Assembly: GCA_023265625.1 (NCBI GenBank)
Contig: JAHFST010000004.1
Span: forward strand, 129,709-193,708
From: Deltaproteobacteria bacterium
Lineage (GTDB): Bacteria; UBA10199; JACPAL01; JAHFST01
Direction: 5' to 3'
Length of the DNA stretch: 64,000 nt
The notes below the pieces were generated by a model that was not told the DNA's origin, made no database searches, and saw nothing but the letters and a program-made list of their open reading frames with translations. Numbering within the stretch: position 1 is the first letter of the stretch; each line of letters begins with the position of its first letter. Both the position numbers and the translations under genes were made by a program. Below are positions 59,701 through 64,000 of the stretch, in pieces.

Positions 59701-60330
59701 AAGATCATCAAGACCTTTGGGGCCCCCTTTCTCAACGATCCGCGGGTAGTGGCCATTCAGTTCCGTTATGCCTTCGTGGGAGATGCCGATGGTCTCAAGG
59801 TGATCGACATCACGATGCCGGAAAAACCCACGCCCGTCACCGGCGTGGTGGTACCGGTCAAGGATCTCCACGATCTGTACCTGGCACGCACCGACGCCTA
59901 TGTGGCCGCCGGTCCGGAAGGGATCTTAATCATCGATATCACGCGACCGACCGCCCCCAAGTTGGCTCAAAAATTTTCCGCCGAAGGCCAAATCAACGAT
60001 GCCCGCTCGGTCCGGGTGGCCGCGACCAACGCCAGCTTCTTTGCTTATGTGGCCGATGGAAAAAATGGTCTGCGCGTCATCCAACTCACCTCCCCCAAGA
60101 CCCCCGGTTACTATGGTTTTGCGCCCATTCCACAACCCAAACTGATCGCCACCTACCCGACCAAGGGCCCGGCCATCGCCCTGTCCAAGGGGCTCGACCG
60201 TGATCGGGCGGTGGATGAGAGCGGTCACCAAGTAAGCATCTTTGGCCGCATGGGCTCTCGCCCGTTTACCTTGGAAGAGATGCGCCAACTCTTCATGAAA
60301 AATGGGCATATTTATACCGTGCATGATTGA
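56725..60330 (+). CDS. Decaheme cytochrome c with C-terminal LVIVD beta-propeller repeats
   Basis: Ten CxxCH (CLTCH, CTDCH, CGRCH, CTACH, CMVCH, CVDCH x2, CYTCH, CFGCH, CTDCH); repeats such as YAYV..EGLIVVNV and YAFVGD.DGLKVIDI; likely GTG start after AGGAA. Confidence 0.85.
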   Translation: MRQKLLLITSLVIIAAPLFSLDRRDDPLLRQTPAEEKVKSAGCLTCHTDIEPMHASPNVRLGCTDCHGGHENIELPAGAQKGGPEYERVKQQAHPKPTYPKRWPSAANPVRPYSLTLKENKEWIRFVNPGDFRVVDQTCGRCHTSEAYRSPRSVMTHVAPFWGAAAYNNGIVAPKLPFLGESYSPEGIARKLTTVPPPSAAETKRGIIPVTVPLPRWNITQPGDIAIRSFERGGRVSRIDPSEIGNPNLSELDDPGRPDMKLSDRGLGTQLLISSPVLNIHKTRLNDPHLSLFGTNDHAGDYRSSGCTACHVIYGNDRDPEHSGPYAKYGHNGTSSSKDPTIPKNESGHPIQHRLTNAIPTSQCMVCHMHQPNAFVNTYLGYQMWDYESDGEFFYPKKQQQLTPKERTEALESNPEGAVIRGLWNDPKFLNHVSELNPKLKTTQFADYHGHGWNFRAVFNKDRRGNLLDASGHKVSDTDPAKFKKAVHLKDIHLEKGMHCVDCHFNQDAHGDGKLYGAYADAVAISCVDCHGTFRERAKIEATGPAGQGSLADTVTTFGKRRFVWRGGELIQRSSLYADKEWAVPQVVDSITPGSTHFNPKAYRAKTIVASDGHQVAHDYDKMTCYTCHTSFVTNCFGCHLPQKANEKREMKHFEGETSRNWTSYNPQVLRDEGYMLGKWGPSKGGKIAPVRSSSALLISSMNANREQIYFEQAPISTPGYSSQAFNPHYPHAVRKTETKTCTDCHISDKNDNNAWMSQLLLFGTNMVNFMGRYAYVGLAGEGYEAVKVIETEEPQAVIGSYLQSLAYPADYQKHLEKKSILQTGYHHHGDTINCLQLRGEYLYAANGQDGLRVYDVANVDNKGFSERTVTSPVSPLGQQTHVASKEATCVALPTNMPIDPTRKVAAENQEQAWHPLYHYAYVSDREEGLIVVNVDTLADGNPRNNFLKRALTYNPDNLFHGARYLTVAGDYLYLIADSGLSILSIDNPLQPKIIKTFGAPFLNDPRVVAIQFRYAFVGDADGLKVIDITMPEKPTPVTGVVVPVKDLHDLYLARTDAYVAAGPEGILIIDITRPTAPKLAQKFSAEGQINDARSVRVAATNASFFAYVADGKNGLRVIQLTSPKTPGYYGFAPIPQPKLIATYPTKGPAIALSKGLDRDRAVDESGHQVSIFGRMGSRPFTLEEMRQLFMKNGHIYTVHD

Positions 60331-60365
60331 GGAAAAAATGAGAATAAGGGCAAAGGGAGAAAAGT

Positions 60366-61214
60366 ATGTCGGCTGATGAAAGCTTTTTAGCAGAGGTGCC
60401 GTTTTTTAAGCTCCTCGATTTGGACGAGACCAGGGCCCTGGCCGCTGTCATGCATGAGGTTCATTTCAGCCCTGAGCAGATGTTGTTTCATTTTGGGGAT
60501 CGAGGGGATTGCCTTTACATTGTCAAGCGCGGCAAGGTTGAACTGTTCGTCAAGGATCATTCGGGTGAAAAGATCGTGTTACGGGTGGCCAACCCGGGGG
60601 ACTTGTTTGGCGAACTCGCCATGTTGGATAACGGCCCGCGGACCGCGTCGGCCGTTGCGGTGGAAGACACCGACCTGCTTATCTTGCACCAACAAGACCT
60701 CCTAAAATTCCTCCACAAAAAACCCGATGCCGCCCTGGACCTCTTGGCGGTGTTGGGAGGCAGGCTGCGAAAAACCAACGACCTCCTCAGGGGACGCGTG
60801 ACCCGGAATGCCAATGAGGAGATCAAGCAAGATTTAAGCTGGGGTCAAAGACTGGCCAACTTCATTGCCGAGTTCAGCGGCAGTATGCCTTTTCTGTTTA
60901 TCAACGCCGCCATGTTTGCCGTCTGGATCTTGCTCAACGTCAACATCATCCCCGGCTTTGTCCCCTTCGACCCCTACCCCTTCGGCTTCCTGACCATGGC
61001 CGTCTCCCTGGAGGCCATCTTCCTCAGCATCTTCGTCCTGCTGGCCCAAAACCTGATCGCCGCCAAAGACCGCATCCGCGCCGACATCGAATACGAAATC
61101 AACCTCAAGGCCGAACTAGAAATCGCCTACCTCCACGAAAAATTCGATCACATGAATGCGGAGATGCTGGGGCAATTGGAGCAGATTAAGAAGTTAGTAA
61201 AAGATAAATCGTAA
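60366..61214 (+). CDS. Cyclic-nucleotide-binding domain + DUF1003 membrane protein
   Basis: GDLFGELAML..PRTASA; FDPYPF.FL..VSLEAIFLS. Confidence 0.88.
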   Translation: MSADESFLAEVPFFKLLDLDETRALAAVMHEVHFSPEQMLFHFGDRGDCLYIVKRGKVELFVKDHSGEKIVLRVANPGDLFGELAMLDNGPRTASAVAVEDTDLLILHQQDLLKFLHKKPDAALDLLAVLGGRLRKTNDLLRGRVTRNANEEIKQDLSWGQRLANFIAEFSGSMPFLFINAAMFAVWILLNVNIIPGFVPFDPYPFGFLTMAVSLEAIFLSIFVLLAQNLIAAKDRIRADIEYEINLKAELEIAYLHEKFDHMNAEMLGQLEQIKKLVKDKS

Positions 61215-61224
61215 AGCGGCACCG

Positions 61225-61968
61225 CTAATCAAACTTCTCCTGATCCTCACTCTTCCCCGTCCCCTCTTTGGTGTATCCCTCAATCGTCAACCGATCCGAA
61301 TAAAACCAATCATACATATCCCGCCTCAGCTTGGCCATCCAGCTCTGCCCTTGTTCCTTGCGCTTGAGGTTGTAAAAAACCACCCCCTCCGCCATGACCT
61401 TCGTATCAAGGCCCAGCTTGGAGGCCCGCTTGGTGAAGAATCGTGAGAACAGGCCGGTCTGGAACCAGCTGCTCCAATTGTCAAAGGTGCGGTCATGCTC
61501 GTGGAAGGAGCGGTATTGGAGATCTTTGATGGCTTTTTCAAAGGGATACCATTCATGAAAATCCAACTGGTAGGGATTCCCCTGGACCTTGGGCCCGATC
61601 AGCTCGCCGACCTGCTCCCCATTCTCCTTCACATAGCCCTTGTCCAACGAGCGGAAAATCCCCTCCATGATGAAGGTCTTACCGTGCATGATCTGCAACG
61701 GGTCGATGATGTTTTTCCTATTTTGCACCTCCAACAGGCGACCTTTTTCCAGCAAAATTTTGATGTTGGTCCCGTCCAATTTCTCAACCGCGATGGTCTC
61801 GGGATCCTCAAAGACCCACTCATAGCCGGGATTGACCTGGTCAATCACCAGATAGACCTCCGGCACCCGCAACTTGAGGCTGGAACCGTGCTGCTTAAAC
61901 TGTTCCCGATTGACCGGGAAGGTCTGGCGCAACAGAGGACATTGGATCTTTGGAAAATCGGTCATCAT
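61225..61968 (-). CDS. ATP-dependent RNA ligase-like nucleotidyltransferase (RLIG1/DUF5565-like)
   Basis: Motif I EKLDGTN, ELIGPKVQGNPY, EGVVF, MAKLRRD. Confidence 0.7.
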   Translation of the reverse strand: MMTDFPKIQCPLLRQTFPVNREQFKQHGSSLKLRVPEVYLVIDQVNPGYEWVFEDPETIAVEKLDGTNIKILLEKGRLLEVQNRKNIIDPLQIMHGKTFIMEGIFRSLDKGYVKENGEQVGELIGPKVQGNPYQLDFHEWYPFEKAIKDLQYRSFHEHDRTFDNWSSWFQTGLFSRFFTKRASKLGLDTKVMAEGVVFYNLKRKEQGQSWMAKLRRDMYDWFYSDRLTIEGYTKEGTGKSEDQEKFD

Positions 61969-61971
61969 AAA

Positions 61972-62274
61972 TTAAGCCGCCTTCTTTTTGTCAATAAACG
62001 TAATTCTCAATTCGACGCCTAGGGCGTCACATGCCCTCTGGATCCACTCCATGGAGGTATTTTTTCCCGTAAACTTCTCATACACAGCCTGACGGGAAAT
62101 ATTCATGCGACGGGCCAGTTCATTTTTGTTAATCTTCTTTTCCGTCATAACGCGAAATAATCCACCAAGCAAGTCTTGGAATTTTAAGAAATTTCTATCT
62201 TCTGGATCATTGGGATCCAAACCCAAAAGTTCGGTAACTGTTATTTTTCTTTTCCCTTTAAAAATCTTTTCCAT
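61972..62274 (-). CDS. XRE HTH antitoxin-like protein
   Basis: INKNELARRMNISRQAVY HTH; KKKAA tail; overlaps the upstream toxin-like gene. Confidence 0.75.
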   Translation of the reverse strand: MEKIFKGKRKITVTELLGLDPNDPEDRNFLKFQDLLGGLFRVMTEKKINKNELARRMNISRQAVYEKFTGKNTSMEWIQRACDALGVELRITFIDKKKAA

Positions 62275-62642
62275 CGCTTCACCCCTCGATTGACCGCTTG
62301 GCTCATGCCCCCTTTACTCTTGTGAACAGCGGCCACAATGATTAAATTCGGCTCCCTCATCGCAAAAATGATTCGTTCTCCCCTTCCTTCCGCTCTAACC
62401 TCCCAGAGATTCAGTTCCAGCGCTTCCTTTTGACGCTGTAACTTCTTCAACAAGCATTGCTCGATTAACGGAGCGTAAGATCTTCCCTCTTGGAGGGCTT
62501 TTGCCAAAAACTCCAAACTCTGAAATAGAGTTTTTCTCTCCTGTTTGCCAATTTCGAATTGTTGACAATCCTTGAGTAGGACATTTTGCCCATCCTCTTC
62601 TAAAACCCAAATACCGGGCTTCACTTCTATGATATCGATCAT
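62241..62642 (-). CDS. RelE/HigB-like toxin
   Basis: KKL..LWEVRAEGRGERIIF..IIVAAVHK pattern; upstream of an HTH gene. Confidence 0.6.
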   Translation of the reverse strand: MIDIIEVKPGIWVLEEDGQNVLLKDCQQFEIGKQERKTLFQSLEFLAKALQEGRSYAPLIEQCLLKKLQRQKEALELNLWEVRAEGRGERIIFAMREPNLIIVAAVHKSKGGMSQAVNRGVKRWKRFLKGKEK

Positions 62643-62650
62643 AATTACAA

Positions 62651-62670
62651 TGTCAAGTTATATCTTGACA
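62651..62670. promoter_or_regulatory. Operator palindrome of the TA-ligase operon
   Basis: TGTCAAG-TTATAT-CTTGACA inverted repeat 8 bp upstream of the toxin ATG. Confidence 0.65.
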
Positions 62671-62826
62671 TATCCTATTTTCACTTTTGGATTGATCCAT
62701 GACGATAGCCCTCAATAAGCAATATCGAGGCCAACTAAGACAATGAAGAAAAACGAGTACTTATTAGACTGGAAAATATGAAAACCGACCGATTTTCGGA
62801 CGGTGGCGTCCGAAAATCGGACTACA

Positions 62827-64000
62827 TTACGGTTGTGCAACCATTTTATGCAATTGCTCCATCCCCGCCGCGAAGACTTTGGGATTGTAACGCGCTGGAT
62901 CTTTGACATCGAGCAGGTCGTAGAGTTTTCTGACTTGCTGGAGTACCGCCGGACGGCCCACTTTTTGGCCGGCGGCCGACAAGGTCAGGGCGTCGACGGC
63001 CATGAGCCCCTGCTCGGCAACGCGGAAGCCGCCCTTTTGATAGGCCTCCTGATCGCCGCTGATCTGCTGGACCAGGGCCTCAACCAAGGCGGGCTGAAAA
63101 CCAAAAGAATCGATCTTGGCTACCAAATCCTTCATCTGGCCCGCCACCTGATTCGCCGCCTGGGTGACCCCTGGGAGATCGGGCTGATCGCTCCGAAAGG
63201 CGGCATCGATCGTCTCGATCGACCCGGCCAATTCCTTGTCTTGCTCCGGAAAGGCCTGTTGGAGGAAGTGACGGAAGATGGCGTAGTGTGAGGCATTCCA
63301 GAGCGCCTTGCCGGGGACTTGCGGGTTCAGCGGCCAATTCACATCGTAGATATTGTGATGACACGAAAAACAGTTGCGATCCGCTTCATCAAGGCGCTTG
63401 CGCTCGCCAGTTCGTTTCGCCAAAACCTCCATGGAACGTTGCAAGGCCAGCGCCTGCCCCACCGCCCAAGACTTGGCCCCGGCCCAAGGTTGTTTTTCCT
63501 TCCAGTGTTTGGGCATCACGGCGCTGAAGGTGTCCAATTCAAACACGAGATCAGGATGTCCCGCGGACAAGAGACCATGATCGATCCCCGAGTGGCAACG
63601 CAGGCAACCATCCGCACGCTTCGCCAAATCACGATTGTCATACATCCCTAGCTTCAGAGACTCGGCGTAGGTCCACCCCTTACGGGTATGGGGTTCGAGC
63701 CAGGCCCCGGCCCGACCGTGGCAGCCCTCGCAACTTACCCCATCATCGCGATCATACTTAGGCCCACGCTGCCCGGCTTCAGCGGTCACCCCATGACACG
63801 TCAAACAGGTCTCCGACTCATGGGCCGGGGTTTTTAAACCGAGCACCCGCGCCATCGTTTGAGATCGTGGATTAAACAAGACGCCATAAGCCTTGGCATG
63901 CTTGTCCTCCGTGGCCCAGGTGGTGAATTGATCCTTCCCGGTCTGTGTCCCGCCATGGCAATTACTGGAACTACAACTCGTGGCACCCATCATCAACGGA
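62827..64000 (-). CDS. Multiheme cytochrome c (c554/c552-like), N-terminus probably beyond the window
   Basis: CSSSNCH, CLTCH, CEGCHG, CLRCH, CFSCH; AGHP.L.FELD.F; frame is open to the window edge. Confidence 0.8.
   Translation of the reverse strand, partial: PLMMGATSCSSSNCHGGTQTGKDQFTTWATEDKHAKAYGVLFNPRSQTMARVLGLKTPAHESETCLTCHGVTAEAGQRGPKYDRDDGVSCEGCHGRAGAWLEPHTRKGWTYAESLKLGMYDNRDLAKRADGCLRCHSGIDHGLLSAGHPDLVFELDTFSAVMPKHWKEKQPWAGAKSWAVGQALALQRSMEVLAKRTGERKRLDEADRNCFSCHHNIYDVNWPLNPQVPGKALWNASHYAIFRHFLQQAFPEQDKELAGSIETIDAAFRSDQPDLPGVTQAANQVAGQMKDLVAKIDSFGFQPALVEALVQQISGDQEAYQKGGFRVAEQGLMAVDALTLSAAGQKVGRPAVLQQVRKLYDLLDVKDPARYNPKVFAAGMEQLHKMVAQP

Overview
Chromosomal window of a Gram-negative bacterium; the gene content resembles uncultured Deltaproteobacteria/Myxococcota-like lineages, but this is an impression only. 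1-1.1 kb: tRNA-Gly(CCC) and a HigBA-type toxin-antitoxin (TA) pair. 1.1-26.7 kb: a co-directional anaerobic respiration island: porin, nnrS, diheme cytochrome c (NarC-like), narGHJI, two narK, a full alternative complex III (actABCDEF) coupled to the nar operon with no oxidase genes, a hemerythrin-like gene, and Moco biosynthesis genes. The island carries four FNR/CRP-like boxes and a Moco/Tuco-type riboswitch. 26.7-42.4 kb: housekeeping and orphan genes plus degraded rhuM and dinD. 42.4-53.5 kb: a CHASE2 adenylate cyclase / M48 / TPR-barrel / FecR / phosphodiesterase-like signalling cluster interrupted by hipBA. 53.4-64 kb: an uncharacterised module of a tandem GlcG heme lipoprotein, an outer-membrane barrel, a decaheme-LVIVD cytochrome and a further multiheme cytochrome, interrupted by a TA + RLIG1-like RNA ligase cassette. 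GTAG-type REP palindromes are scattered through the window, several inside reading frames. No CRISPR array, rRNA, integrase or transposase was seen. All family calls rest on motif recognition; no database search was run.
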